Shown in pieces: positions 8,763 to 19,046 of a DNA stretch of 38,223 nt; within the stretch, counting starts at the first letter, position 1; each line of letters begins with the position of its first letter. The position numbers and the translations under genes were made by a program. The stretch spans positions 1 to 38,223 of the forward strand of contig CAKPKZ010000001.1 of the NCBI GenBank assembly GCA_934167435.1, given 5' to 3'. The stretch is from an uncultured Clostridia bacterium. GTDB taxonomy: Bacteria; Bacillota; Clostridia; TANB77; CAG-508. Below the pieces are notes generated by a model that saw nothing but the letters and a program-made list of their open reading frames with translations, ran no database searches and was not told the DNA's origin.

Positions 8763-10719
8763 ATGTTTAAATTACATTCAGAATATAAGCCAACAGGCGA
8801 CCAACCACAAGCAATTGAATACCTATCAAAAGGCATAGAGGAAGGCAAAAAATTCCAGACGCTTCTAGGGGTTACAGGTTCACGGAAAAACTTTCACAAT
8901 GGCAAATATAATTGAAAAAGTGCAAAGACCCACACTCGTTTTAGCACACAATAAAACTTTGGCTGGACAATTATATAGCGAATTTAAAGAATTCTTCCCT
9001 GAGAATAGGGTTGAGTATTTTGTTAGTTATTATGATTATTACCAACCAGAAAGTTATATAGCACAGTCAGACACATATATAGAAAAAGACTCATCAATAA
9101 ATGATGAAATAGATAAATTAAGACATTCAGCAACATTATCATTGTTTGAAACAAGAGATGTAATAATAGTTGCTTCTGTATCATGTATATATGGATTAGG
9201 AGATCCCGTGGATTACCAAGAGATGATGTTATCACTAAGACCTGGTATGCAAAAGTCAAGGGATGCTGTAATGAAAAAATTAATAAATATGCAATATACA
9301 AGAAATGAGCTAGATTTTAAAAGAGGAACATTTAGAGCAAAAGGAGACATTTTAGAAATTTATCCTTCTTCACAAAGCGAATCTGCTGTAAGAGTTGAGT
9401 TTTGGGGAGATGAGATAGAAAAAATTACAGAAATAAATCCATTAACTGGAAAAGGAACTGGAACTAGAATGCATATATTAATTCCACCAGCTTCACAATA
9501 TGTAACTAGTAAAGACAAAATGGAAAAAGCTATAAAAACAATTGAAGAGGAATTAGAAGAAAGAATAGAGTATTTTAAGTCGCAAAATAAGTTAATAGAG
9601 GCACAGCGTATAGAAGAAAGAACAAATTTTGATATAGAAATGATGAAGGAAACAGGATTTTGTTCTGGAATAGAAAATTATTCAAGACATATAAGTCAAA
9701 GACCAGCAGGAAGCCCGCCATATACTTTATTTGATTATTTTCCAGATGATTTCTTGCTTTTAATTGACGAATCTCATGCAACAATTCCACAAGTAAGAGC
9801 AATGTATAATGGTGATAGATCTAGAAAAGAATCACTTGTAAATTATGGATTTAGATTACCTTCTGCATTTGACAATAGACCATTAAAATTTAGTGAATTT
9901 GAGGAAAGACTAAACCAAGTAATATTTGTTAGTGCAACACCTGCAGAATATGAAAAAGAAAATGCTAAAGATAATGTAGTAGAACAAATTATAAGACCTA
10001 CAGGATTGTTAGATCCAAAAGTTATAGTAAAACCTGTTACAAACCAAATAGATGACTTGCTAGAACAAATAAGAATAAGAATAGAAAAGAATGAAAGGGT
10101 TTTAGTTACAACATTAACAAAGAAAATGGCAGAAGACTTAACATCATATTTAAAAAGTCTAGATATAAAAGTAAATTATATACATTCAGATACTAAAGCT
10201 TTAGAAAGAATGGAGATAATAAGAAAATTAAGACTTGGAGAATTTGATGTATTAGTTGGCATTAATTTGTTAAGAGAGGGACTAGATATTCCAGAGGTTT
10301 CTTTAGTTGCAATATTAGATGCTGACAAAGAAGGATTTCTTCGCTCAGAACGCTCTCTTATCCAAACGATTGGTCGTGCTGCAAGAAATACAGATGGAAC
10401 AGTTATTATGTATGCAGACGAATTAACAGACTCCATGGATAAGGCTATAACAGAGACAAATAGAAGAAGAAAAATACAAGAAGAATATAATAAAAAACAT
10501 GGAATAACACCAAAAACTATTAAAAAAGACATTAGAGATTCAATAAAAGCAACACTTACGCAAGATATTGGTGTTGAATACAAGTTAGAAAAACAAGAAG
10601 ATATTAAAGAAACAATAAATAAATTAACAGATGAGATGTTAAATTATGCTGCTACAATGGAATTCGAGAAGGCTGCAGAACTAAGAGATAAAATTAAGGA
10701 ATTAGAAAAATTGTTATAA
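8763..10719 (+). CDS. uvrB: Excinuclease ABC subunit B (UvrB); frame interrupted by one extra C at 8883 inside the Walker A motif
   Basis: RBS GGGGGAGGA precedes ATG 8763, giving [18 protein letters not shown]...QTLLGVTGS, then CGG and a stop near 8910. The +1 frame gives [31 protein letters not shown] (track ORF 8899..10719) and ends in the UVR motif [12 protein letters not shown]. Confidence 0.9.
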
Positions 10720-10775
10720 AAATGTTGGAATATATAAAGGCAAATATAAAGGTATTTAAACATATATAATTAAAT

Positions 10776-10820
10776 AAAAGTAATTGTATTTTATAGTAAG
10801 TGCAATTACTTTTATTTTTT
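10776..10820 (+). terminator. Intrinsic terminator after uvrB
   Basis: AAAAGTAATTG ... CAATTACTTTT stem followed by a T-run. Confidence 0.6.
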
Positions 10821-10868
10821 ATCACAAAAATTTTTAAAAAACATATATTAAATAAGGAAGGTGTTAAT

Positions 10869-11315
10869 ATGGCATATTCTGAAAGAGAATTATTAGCAAG
10901 AATAATACAGTGTGAGGCAGGAGGAGAAGGAGACAACGGTATGAAAGCAGTTGCTACTGTAGTAATGAATAGAGTAACTGTGTCAGAAGGAGAATATTCT
11001 AGAATTTCGCAAGGAGGAAATATTAGGAACATTATATTTCAACAAGGACAGTTTGATTGCGCAAGAGAGAATATAAACTACCAATATAATGCTCAAAATA
11101 TATACAATATGAATCCAACTGAAATTCATTATTATATTGCTGATTGGGCATTAGCAGGTAACAAACTAAATGAAATAGGAGATTGTTTGTGGTATTTGAA
11201 TCCGTATAAACCTGTGTGTGATCAAATTTTTCCAAGCAATGGCTCAGGGACATTTCATACTAGATTAGGAAAACATTGTTTTTACAGACCAACTGAAAGA
11301 TATTCTCAAACCTAA
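10869..11315 (+). CDS. cwlJ: Spore cortex-lytic / cell wall hydrolase of the SleB/CwlJ (Hydrolase_2) family
   Basis: ATG at 10869 after AAGGAAGGTG; the track ORF extends further upstream without support. Motif LLARIIQCEAGGEGDNGMKAVATVVMNRV. Followed by a gerQ-like gene. Confidence 0.75.
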   Translation: MAYSERELLARIIQCEAGGEGDNGMKAVATVVMNRVTVSEGEYSRISQGGNIRNIIFQQGQFDCARENINYQYNAQNIYNMNPTEIHYYIADWALAGNKLNEIGDCLWYLNPYKPVCDQIFPSNGSGTFHTRLGKHCFYRPTERYSQT

Positions 11316-11340
11316 ATTTAAAAATAAAAGGAGGAATTTT

Positions 11341-11628
11341 ATGGAAAATGCAACAAATGAGCCAGAAACTTTAACAAATCCTATATATACACCAGGTTTT
11401 TTAAGAACTCAAATAGGAAAATTAATGAGAATAGAATTTTTAATAGGAACAAACAACCTAGTAGATAGGATAGGAATTTTACAAGAAGTAGGAGCAAGTT
11501 ATATTTTGTTAAGATCATTCGAAAATGATAGTTTAATATATTGTGATTTGTATTCTATTAAATTTATAACAATATCAACTAACAGTTCGTTTCCATATAA
11601 TGGTATGATTAATAGGTATTCATATTAA
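11341..11628 (+). CDS. gerQ: GerQ/YwdL-like spore coat protein
   Basis: RBS AAAGGAGGA. The core GKLMRIEFLIGTNNLVDRIGILQEVGASYILLR...YCDLYSIKFITI resembles the GerQ family. Adjacent to a cwlJ-like gene. Confidence 0.6.
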   Translation: MENATNEPETLTNPIYTPGFLRTQIGKLMRIEFLIGTNNLVDRIGILQEVGASYILLRSFENDSLIYCDLYSIKFITISTNSSFPYNGMINRYSY

Positions 11629-11696
11629 AAGTTTTGTTGACAAAATCAAGATGAAATAATATACTACTGATAGATTATAATTAGAAGGAGAAATTT

Positions 11697-12566
11697 ATGG
11701 AAATAATAAACTTTTTTTCTACAGATGGTATTAAATTAAATGGTTTTTTGCATAGGCAAAATACATTAAATAAAGATGTAATATTAGCAGTACATGGAAT
11801 GAGTAGTAATTGTTTTAAAGAAAGAGATTTTGCTATTGCAAACGAAGTAAATAAAGCCAATATAGATTATTTTGGATTTAATAATAGAGGAAGTGAACTG
11901 GTAAAATATATAAAAAAAGATGTAAATGGAAAAAAAGAAAAAATACTAGCGGGAACCTCGTATGAGGATGTTTTAGATGGATATAAAGATATTGTTGGAG
12001 CTATGCTAAAATTAAAAGAGCTTGGATACAAAAATATATATTTACAAGGACATAGCTTAGGATGTACAAAAATAATTTATACATACAACAAATTAAAAGA
12101 ATCTAAAAATGAATTATTTAATATGATTAATGGGGTAATTTTACTTTCTTTAGTAAATATTCCCCAAGTACTAAAAATATACTTAAATGATAATTATAAT
12201 TTTTATATAAAACTAGCAGAAGAAAAGGAAAATAAAGGGGAAATAAATGATTTTATGCCAGAAAAGTCATTTATTCATCCTATAAGCGTAAAATCATTTT
12301 TAAGATATGCTAGAGACAATAAAGAAATTTCAATCAATAATTATGAAGATGTTAAAAGTATAGAAGTTCCTATATTTATGCGTTGGGGAACCGAAAAAGA
12401 AATGATAGTAGAAAAACCAAGTGAGTTAGTAAACAAAGTATTAAATATTATAGAAAACAATAATAAAGATATTAATTATATAGAAGGAGCAGACCATGGA
12501 TATCATGGAAAGGAACAATTATTGGCTAAACAAATTGTAAAATTTTTAGAAGAACAAAGGAGATAA
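11697..12566 (+). CDS. Alpha/beta-fold hydrolase
   Basis: Nucleophile elbow GHSLGC, C-terminal GADHGYHG, RBS GAAGGAGA. Confidence 0.65.
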   Translation: MEIINFFSTDGIKLNGFLHRQNTLNKDVILAVHGMSSNCFKERDFAIANEVNKANIDYFGFNNRGSELVKYIKKDVNGKKEKILAGTSYEDVLDGYKDIVGAMLKLKELGYKNIYLQGHSLGCTKIIYTYNKLKESKNELFNMINGVILLSLVNIPQVLKIYLNDNYNFYIKLAEEKENKGEINDFMPEKSFIHPISVKSFLRYARDNKEISINNYEDVKSIEVPIFMRWGTEKEMIVEKPSELVNKVLNIIENNNKDINYIEGADHGYHGKEQLLAKQIVKFLEEQRR

Positions 12567-12571
12567 AAAAT

Positions 12572-13639
12572 ATGGCAAATATATTTGATTATATGCAATG
12601 GCGAGATATTAATTTTGAAAAAGTAGAATTTAATGAAATTGACGCTTTAATTTTATGTAGGTTATCATATTTTCCGTTAGATAATATAAACTTAGAAAAT
12701 GAAAGTATTACTATAAAAGAAGCATATGATAGGTATGAAAAACAAGAAAAAACAAGTAGAATATTACAAAAGGAGGACTTACAATTATTTCCTATTTTAG
12801 CAAATAGTGAAAGATTTGGAAAATTAATTTTATCAAATTATATTAATAAATTGGACAAGTTAGAAGAAAAACAATTTTCTGCAATTACAATACAAATACC
12901 AGACCAAACAATATTTGTTGCCTATAGAGGTACTGACAATACAATAGTTGGTTGGAAGGAAGATTTTAATATGAGTTTTAGGGACTTAGTTCCATCACAA
13001 GTGGATGCTATGAACTATTTAAATAATATTGCTTCCAAATATGACAAAAAAATAAGAGTTGCAGGACATTCAAAAGGAGGAAACCTTGCAGTATACGCTT
13101 CAACTTTTTGCAAAAAAGAAGTTAATGATAGAATAATTGCTATATATAATAACGATGGACCAGGATTTCAAAAAGCAGTTATAGATACAAATGAATATAA
13201 AAATACAATAGGAAGATTACATACATATATACCCCAAACTTCTATAATAGGAAGATTACTTAATCATAAAGAAAAGATAACAATAATAAAAAGTACTCAA
13301 ACAGGAATTATGCAACATGATTTATACACATGGCAACTAATAGGAGATCATTTTATAGAAGATACATTAACAAATTCTAGTGAATTTATTGATCATACAA
13401 TAACTGATTGGCTTGATGAAGTTTCACCAGAACAAAGAGAAAAGTTTATAGATACATTTTTTGAAATATTAAATGCAACAGAAGCCAAAACATTGTCTGA
13501 ACTAAGCAGTAAAAAATTTGAGACAGCAAAAGTCTTACTAAGTACATATAAAAATATTGATGATGAAAGTAAAGAAATAATATCCAAAACATTATCAATA
13601 TTTTTCCGCATAGCAAAAAATAATATTAAATTAATATAA
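12572..13639 (+). CDS. Lipase-like protein of the DUF2974 (Mbeg1-like) type
   Basis: YRGTDNTIVGWKEDF and GHSKGGNLAVYA boxes, as recalled for that family. Confidence 0.55.
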   Translation: MANIFDYMQWRDINFEKVEFNEIDALILCRLSYFPLDNINLENESITIKEAYDRYEKQEKTSRILQKEDLQLFPILANSERFGKLILSNYINKLDKLEEKQFSAITIQIPDQTIFVAYRGTDNTIVGWKEDFNMSFRDLVPSQVDAMNYLNNIASKYDKKIRVAGHSKGGNLAVYASTFCKKEVNDRIIAIYNNDGPGFQKAVIDTNEYKNTIGRLHTYIPQTSIIGRLLNHKEKITIIKSTQTGIMQHDLYTWQLIGDHFIEDTLTNSSEFIDHTITDWLDEVSPEQREKFIDTFFEILNATEAKTLSELSSKKFETAKVLLSTYKNIDDESKEIISKTLSIFFRIAKNNIKLI

Positions 13640-13732
13640 ATAGAAAAAGAAGATATAGAATATAAAACTTAAAATTATGCTTGTACTTTTTATAATTTAA
13701 CTATATAATATAAAAAGTTTAAGGAGGCAAAT

Positions 13733-14737
13733 ATGAATTTTATAGAAAATGTAAAACAAAGAGCAAAAAAACAAATTAAAACTATAGTTTTGCCAGAAGC
13801 TGAAGATATACGAACATTAGAAGCTACTCAAACAGTTTTAAAAGAACAATTTGCAAAAATAGTTTTAATTGGAAACAAAGAAAAAGTTGTAGAAAAAGCA
13901 AAAGAAAACCATATAGACATTGAAGGTGCTAAAATTATTGAACCAGAAAAGTCTGAAAAGTTTGATGAATATGTAAATACTTTATACGAGTTAAGACAAA
14001 AAAAAGGTATGACAATTGAAAAAGCAAAAGTTCTAGTAAAAGACCCAGTATATTTTGGAATGCTAATGCTAAAAGATCAAAATACTGAAGCAGATGGCCT
14101 TGTATCAGGTGCAGTTCATTCTACAGCAGATACTTTAAGACCTGCACTTCAAATATTAAAAACAGCAGAAGGAACAAAACTTGTATCAGCATTTTTTGTA
14201 ATAGTAGTTCCAAATTGTGAGTATGGAGAAAATGGAACATTTGTATTTGGAGATTGTGGATTAAATCAAAACCCTACAGACGAAGAATTATCAGAAATAG
14301 CTATATCATCTGCAAAAAGTTTTAAACAATTAGTACAAAAAGAACCTAAAGTTGCCATGCTTTCATATTCTACATATGGAAGTGCTAAATCAGAATTAAC
14401 ACAAAAAGTTATAAGTGCAACACAAATTGCAAAAGAAAAAGAACCTAATTTAATATTAGACGGAGAGATGCAATTAGATGCTGCAATAGTACCACAAATA
14501 GCAAAAATGAAAGCTTCATCAAGCCCTATACAAGGAACGGCAAATACATTAATATTTCCAAACTTGGATGCAGGAAATATAGGTTATAAATTAGTACAAA
14601 GACTTGGAAAAGCAGAGGCATATGGACCACTTTGCCAAGGAATTGCAAAGCCAGTAAATGATTTATCAAGAGGATGTAGTAGTAATGATATAGTTGGTGT
14701 TATTGCAATTACAGCTGTTCAAGCACAAGAAGAATAA
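13733..14737 (+). CDS. pta: Phosphate acetyltransferase
   Basis: 334 aa. Pta-type motifs (VLPEAEDIRTLEA, DGLVSGAVHSTADTLRPALQI, ANTLIFPNLDAGNIGYK). Followed by ackA. Confidence 0.92.
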   Translation: MNFIENVKQRAKKQIKTIVLPEAEDIRTLEATQTVLKEQFAKIVLIGNKEKVVEKAKENHIDIEGAKIIEPEKSEKFDEYVNTLYELRQKKGMTIEKAKVLVKDPVYFGMLMLKDQNTEADGLVSGAVHSTADTLRPALQILKTAEGTKLVSAFFVIVVPNCEYGENGTFVFGDCGLNQNPTDEELSEIAISSAKSFKQLVQKEPKVAMLSYSTYGSAKSELTQKVISATQIAKEKEPNLILDGEMQLDAAIVPQIAKMKASSSPIQGTANTLIFPNLDAGNIGYKLVQRLGKAEAYGPLCQGIAKPVNDLSRGCSSNDIVGVIAITAVQAQEE

Positions 14738-14751
14738 AGGGGAGTGCAAAT

Positions 14752-15945
14752 ATGAAAATTTTAGTATTAAATTCTGGAAGCTCATCTTTAAAATATCAAG
14801 TAATAGATATGGAAAACAATGAAACTATTGCAAAAGGTTATTTTGAAAGAATAGGGCAACCCAATTCTTTTTTATCGCACAAGGTACATGGTAGAAAACA
14901 CAAATTTGAAATAGAAGCCAAAGACCATGAAGAAGCCATAACTTTTGTACTAAATAGATTAACAAATGACCACTATGGTGTAATAAAGAGTTTGGAAGAA
15001 TTAGAGGCAATAGGACATAGAATTGTACATGGTGGAGAAAAATTTAGTGATGCAGTTTTAATTACAGATGAAGTAATTGAGGAAATAAAAAAATGCAGTG
15101 ATTTAGCACCACTTCATAATCCAGCGGCAGTACTTGGAATAGAAGCATGCAAAAAAGTTGTTCCAAATATGAAAATGGTAGCTGTATTTGATACAGCATT
15201 CCATCAAACAATACCAAAAGAAAGGTATATTTACCCTGTACCATATAAATACTATGAAAAATATGGAGTACGTAAATATGGATTTCATGGTACATCACAT
15301 CAATATGTAGCAAATAGAGTTTGCAAAATGCTTGGTAAAGACATTAACAATTTAAAAATAATTAATTGCCATTTAGGCCAAGGAGCTAGTATTTGTGCAA
15401 TACAAAATGGAAAGTCTGTAGAAACAAGTATGGGACTTACTCCATTGGGTGGAATTACTATGGGAACAAGAAGCGGCGATTTAGATCCATCTGTTTTAAC
15501 ATATTTAATGAAAAAAGAAAATTTGTCGGCTGAAAAAATGGAAGAAATTTTAAATAAAAAATCAGGAGTTTATGGTGTTTCAAGAGTTTCAATGGATTTT
15601 AGAGATATAGAATATGAGGCTTTATCTGGAGGAACACATGCTAAACTTTCCTTAGATATTTTTTCATATTTAATTGCACAATATATAATGAAATGTGCAG
15701 TTGCAATGAATGGAGTAGATATAATAACATTTACAGCAGGTGTGGGGGAGAAAAGCCCATATTGCAGAGAGTTAATATGTAAACAATTAGAGTTTTTAGG
15801 TGCAAAATTAGATTTATCAAAAAATGAAATAAAAGGCGAAGAAGCAGTAATTTCTACTGACAATTCTAAAATTATTTTGTGTGTTGTGCCTACAAATGAA
15901 GAATTAATGATTGCTAAAGAAACTGAAAAAATAATAAATAATTAG
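14752..15945 (+). CDS. ackA: Acetate kinase, copy 1
   Basis: MKILVLNSGSSSLKYQ, HRIVHGG, FDTAFHQTIP, YGFHGTSH, IPTNEELMIA-type C-terminus. Confidence 0.92.
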   Translation: MKILVLNSGSSSLKYQVIDMENNETIAKGYFERIGQPNSFLSHKVHGRKHKFEIEAKDHEEAITFVLNRLTNDHYGVIKSLEELEAIGHRIVHGGEKFSDAVLITDEVIEEIKKCSDLAPLHNPAAVLGIEACKKVVPNMKMVAVFDTAFHQTIPKERYIYPVPYKYYEKYGVRKYGFHGTSHQYVANRVCKMLGKDINNLKIINCHLGQGASICAIQNGKSVETSMGLTPLGGITMGTRSGDLDPSVLTYLMKKENLSAEKMEEILNKKSGVYGVSRVSMDFRDIEYEALSGGTHAKLSLDIFSYLIAQYIMKCAVAMNGVDIITFTAGVGEKSPYCRELICKQLEFLGAKLDLSKNEIKGEEAVISTDNSKIILCVVPTNEELMIAKETEKIINN

Positions 15946-15954
15946 GAGGAAAAA

Positions 15955-17154
15955 ATGAAAATATTAGTATTAAATTGTGGTAGTTCATCACTAAAATATC
16001 AATTAATTAATATGGAAACTAATGATGTGTTAGCTTCTGGAAAATATGAAAGAATAGGAGAAGAGGAAGCTTTTATTACACATAAAGTAAATGGACAAAA
16101 AATTGAAATAAAACATCCTGCATTAAATCATGAAGAAGCTATAGATTTTACATTAAAACAATTAATAAATCCAGATTACAAAGTAGTTGATTCATTAGAT
16201 GAAATAAGTGCTATAGGACACAGAGTAGTACATGGTGGTGAATATTTTTCTAGTCCTGTTATAATAACTGATGAGGTTATAAAAAAGGTAGATGAATGTG
16301 CTGAACTTGCTCCACTACACAATAAAGCAGCAGTTTTAGGAATGAAAGCATGCCAAAGTGTAATGCCTGGAAAACCAATGGTAGTTGTATTTGATACAGC
16401 CTTTCACCAAACAATACCAAAAGAAAGATATATTTACCCAATACCATATGAATATTATAAAAAATATGGAATACGTAAATATGGATTTCATGGTACATCA
16501 CATATGTATGTATCAAACAGATTGGCTGAAATTGAAAATAAACCAATAGAAGACCTTAAAATTGTAACATGTCATTTAGGCCAAGGTTCTAGTATATGTG
16601 CTGTTAAAGGTGGAAAATCTGTAGATACAAGTATGGGCTTAACACCTCTTGCTGGAATACCAATGGTTACAAGAAGTGGTGATTTAGATCCATCTGTTGT
16701 AACATATATAATGAAAAAAGAAAATATGACAGCAAGTGAAGTAGAAGATATGCTAAACAAACAATCTGGTGTTCAAGGAATATCAGGATTAGCACCTGAT
16801 TTTAGAGTAATAGAGTCAGAATCATATACAGATAATGAAAGAGCTAAAATTGCTATGGAAAGCTTTAAATATGCTGTTGCAAGTTATATTGCAAAATATG
16901 CAGTTGCTATGAATGGAATAGATGCAATTGTATTTACAGGTGGTGTTGGAGAAAACCAAATAAATATTAGAAAAGGAATATGCAAACAACTTGAATTTAT
17001 GGGAGTTATTGTTGATGAAGAAGCAAATAATGTAAGAGGAGAAGAAAGATTAATTACAAAACCAGAATCTAAAATAAGAGCATATATAATTCCAACTAAT
17101 GAAGAATTAATGATTGCTAAAGAAACTGAAAAACTAGTAAATTATATAAAATAA
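15955..17154 (+). CDS. ackA: Acetate kinase, copy 2 (tandem paralog)
   Basis: Same motif set as copy 1 (MKILVLNCGSSSLKYQ, HRVVHGG, FDTAFHQTIP, YGFHGTSH). It starts 9 nt after copy 1 with its own RBS. Confidence 0.9.
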   Translation: MKILVLNCGSSSLKYQLINMETNDVLASGKYERIGEEEAFITHKVNGQKIEIKHPALNHEEAIDFTLKQLINPDYKVVDSLDEISAIGHRVVHGGEYFSSPVIITDEVIKKVDECAELAPLHNKAAVLGMKACQSVMPGKPMVVVFDTAFHQTIPKERYIYPIPYEYYKKYGIRKYGFHGTSHMYVSNRLAEIENKPIEDLKIVTCHLGQGSSICAVKGGKSVDTSMGLTPLAGIPMVTRSGDLDPSVVTYIMKKENMTASEVEDMLNKQSGVQGISGLAPDFRVIESESYTDNERAKIAMESFKYAVASYIAKYAVAMNGIDAIVFTGGVGENQINIRKGICKQLEFMGVIVDEEANNVRGEERLITKPESKIRAYIIPTNEELMIAKETEKLVNYIK

Positions 17155-17163
17155 ATAAATTTT

Positions 17164-17200
17164 AAAAGCAAATGAGTGTTAGATATTCATTTGCTTTTTA
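17164..17200 (+). terminator. Intrinsic terminator after the pta-ackA-ackA unit
   Basis: AAAAGCAAATGA ... TCATTTGCTTTT stem followed by T residues. Confidence 0.7.
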
Positions 17201-17288
17201 TAATTTTATTAATTTCAAGTAAAACATCTCCAAAATTTACATAATTTCATATTATATATAAAATGCAAATGAAAGGAGGGATACAATA

Positions 17289-17867
17289 TTGGAATTAGAA
17301 GGTATAAAAATAGGATTTGGATTAACAGGATCATTTTGTACATTTAGCAAAACAATTCCTAAAATAAAAGAATTAGTAAAAATGGGCGCTGAAGTCATAC
17401 CAATTATGTCTTTTAATGCCTATAATACTGATACAAAATTTGGAAAAGCAAAGGATTTTATAAATGATATTGAACAAATAACTAGTAAGAAAATTATAAA
17501 TACAATTGTTGATGCTGAACCGATAGGACCTAAAAAGATGACAGACATAATGGTTATTGCACCATGTTCAGGAAATACTATTTCAAAATTAGCAAATGAC
17601 ATAATTGATACTCCAGTAACAATGGCTGCTAAATCGCATTTACGAAACAATAACCCTATAGTAATAGCACCGTCAACTAATAACGCATTAAGTGGAAATG
17701 CTGAGAACATAGGAAGATTATTAAATAGGAAAAATTATTATTTTGTACCATTTAGACAAGATAATCCTATAACAAAGCCACGTTCACTTGTTTTTGATCC
17801 AGAATATATAATAAAAACAATACAATATTCTATTAATAAAGAACAAATTCAACCTATAATTTTATGA
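17289..17867 (+). CDS. dpaB: Dipicolinate synthase subunit B-like flavoprotein (SpoVFB/DpaB family)
   Basis: TTG start after AAAGGAGGG. GFGLTGSFCTFSKTIPKIKELVKMGAEVIPIMS and APCSGNTISKLANDIIDTPV resemble DpaB. Confidence 0.65.
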   Translation: MELEGIKIGFGLTGSFCTFSKTIPKIKELVKMGAEVIPIMSFNAYNTDTKFGKAKDFINDIEQITSKKIINTIVDAEPIGPKKMTDIMVIAPCSGNTISKLANDIIDTPVTMAAKSHLRNNNPIVIAPSTNNALSGNAENIGRLLNRKNYYFVPFRQDNPITKPRSLVFDPEYIIKTIQYSINKEQIQPIIL

Positions 17868-17932
17868 ACTTTTTAGCAACTTTTTTGTGTATATGTCATA
17901 AAATGTATTATAAGATAAAAGGAGGAAGAAAA

Positions 17933-18307
17933 ATGTTTAGAAGATATCAAAAATGCTATTGTATGAACAATGACAATCAAAATTATAATCTAGAAAATTG
18001 CAATGATAATGACAATATGCTAGAAACGCAATGTCAAAACAATTGTTCTTGTCAGCAATATGAAAATGATAGTTGTGAATGTGGATTTGATGAAGAATAT
18101 GGAGTTTTTCCAGAAAATCCTATGCTAGCTCAAAGTTATGTTCCAATTCAATATATGGATAAAACTTTTAAACCATGTGTTGGATTAAAAATGGGAACAA
18201 TTTTTCCAGAATTGGTAAGTCCTTATATGCCTTGTCAATCCATGAGAGAAAACGAATATATCGCTGCTACTAATCAAATTGGAAAGGGGTGCAATAAGTG
18301 TTGTTAG
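17933..18307 (+). CDS. cotJA: Spore coat-associated protein CotJA
   Basis: ATG 17933 after AAAGGAGGAAG. CotJA core SYVPIQYMDKTFKPCVGLKMGTIFPELVSPY. Confidence 0.8.
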   Translation: MFRRYQKCYCMNNDNQNYNLENCNDNDNMLETQCQNNCSCQQYENDSCECGFDEEYGVFPENPMLAQSYVPIQYMDKTFKPCVGLKMGTIFPELVSPYMPCQSMRENEYIAATNQIGKGCNKCC

Positions 18308-18666
18308 AAGAAAATAGAAACTGTAATTGCAATAATATGCAAGAAAATACACAATATGTGTCAGCAGAAATGAACAATCAATGTCAATGTAATACAGAAC
18401 CTCAATCAGGAGTTGATTGTAATTTAAGAAAAGAAATGATAGACAAAATAAGATGTTACGAATTTGCAATAAATGAACTTGCTTTATATTTAGACACTCA
18501 CCCAGATGAATCAAAAGCTCTTTGCCTTCATAGGAAATACTGCAAAGAAGCGAAAGAATTAAAAGATAAATATCAAAAGGTATTTGGACCACTTACCATA
18601 AATTATCCTTGCAATAAATGGAGATGGTTAGAAGAACCTTGGCCTTGGGAAAGGGGGAATTTTTAA
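18298..18666 (+). CDS. cotJB: Spore coat protein CotJB
   Basis: CotJB core IRCYEFAINELALYLDTHPDESKAL. The start is uncertain: GTG 18298 or ATG 18337. Confidence 0.75.
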   Translation: MLLEENRNCNCNNMQENTQYVSAEMNNQCQCNTEPQSGVDCNLRKEMIDKIRCYEFAINELALYLDTHPDESKALCLHRKYCKEAKELKDKYQKVFGPLTINYPCNKWRWLEEPWPWERGNF

Positions 18667-18989
18667 TGTGGACTTATAATAAAACTTTACAATACCCAAT
18701 AAATATAAAGTGTCCAGATCCTAGACTTGCAAAAGTTATTATTTCTCAATACGGTGGACCTGATGGGGAACTTGCTGCTTCTTTAAGATATTTATCTCAA
18801 AGATTTGGAATGCCTGATCAAAAGGCAAAGGCTATATTAAATGATATTGGTACAGAAGAATTAGCACATTTAGAAATGGTTGGGGCAATAGTACACCAGT
18901 TAACTGCAGGAGCTTCAATAGAAGAAATAGAAAAAGCAGGATTGGGTTCATATTATACAGACCATGGGGTGGGTTTGGAATATATCTAA
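18666..18989 (+). CDS. cotJC: cotJC 5' segment (Mn-catalase family spore coat protein). Native sequence runs to about 18967, then reads into the inserted element and stops
   Basis: TAATG overlap with cotJB. MWTYNKTLQYPI...SQYGGPDGELAASLRYLSQRF...GTEELAHLEM...GLGSYYTDHG, then non-homologous VGLEYI and a stop. Confidence 0.88.
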   Translation: MWTYNKTLQYPINIKCPDPRLAKVIISQYGGPDGELAASLRYLSQRFGMPDQKAKAILNDIGTEELAHLEMVGAIVHQLTAGASIEEIEKAGLGSYYTDHGVGLEYI

Positions 18990-18990
18990 A
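18951..18990. repeat. attL-like junction of the cotJC intervening element
   Basis: GACCATGGGGTGGGTTTGGAATATATCT. It shares CATGG.GTGG with the right junction. The element-side arm is an imperfect inverted copy of the right-end arm. Confidence 0.6.
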
Positions 18991-19046
18991 TAAGAATTTA
19001 AATAAATAATTGATAAAAAAAATTAAATGGTTCTTTTTCATGAACT

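Noticed and set aside
10694-11032. Minus-strand 112-aa ORF, and the long N-terminal extension of the cwlJ-like ORF (10800 start).
   Set aside because: The region 10776-10820 is a terminator hairpin. The hydrolase has a good RBS plus ATG at 10869, and the family-conserved sequence starts there.
14752-17154. The tandem ackA genes as a collapsed or duplicated assembly artefact.
   Set aside because: The two copies differ at many nucleotide and amino-acid positions along their whole length, so they are true paralogs.
17864-17932. Upstream extension of cotJA (track start 17864).
   Set aside because: It overlaps the dpaB stop. The strong RBS AAAGGAGGAAG sits just before ATG 17933.
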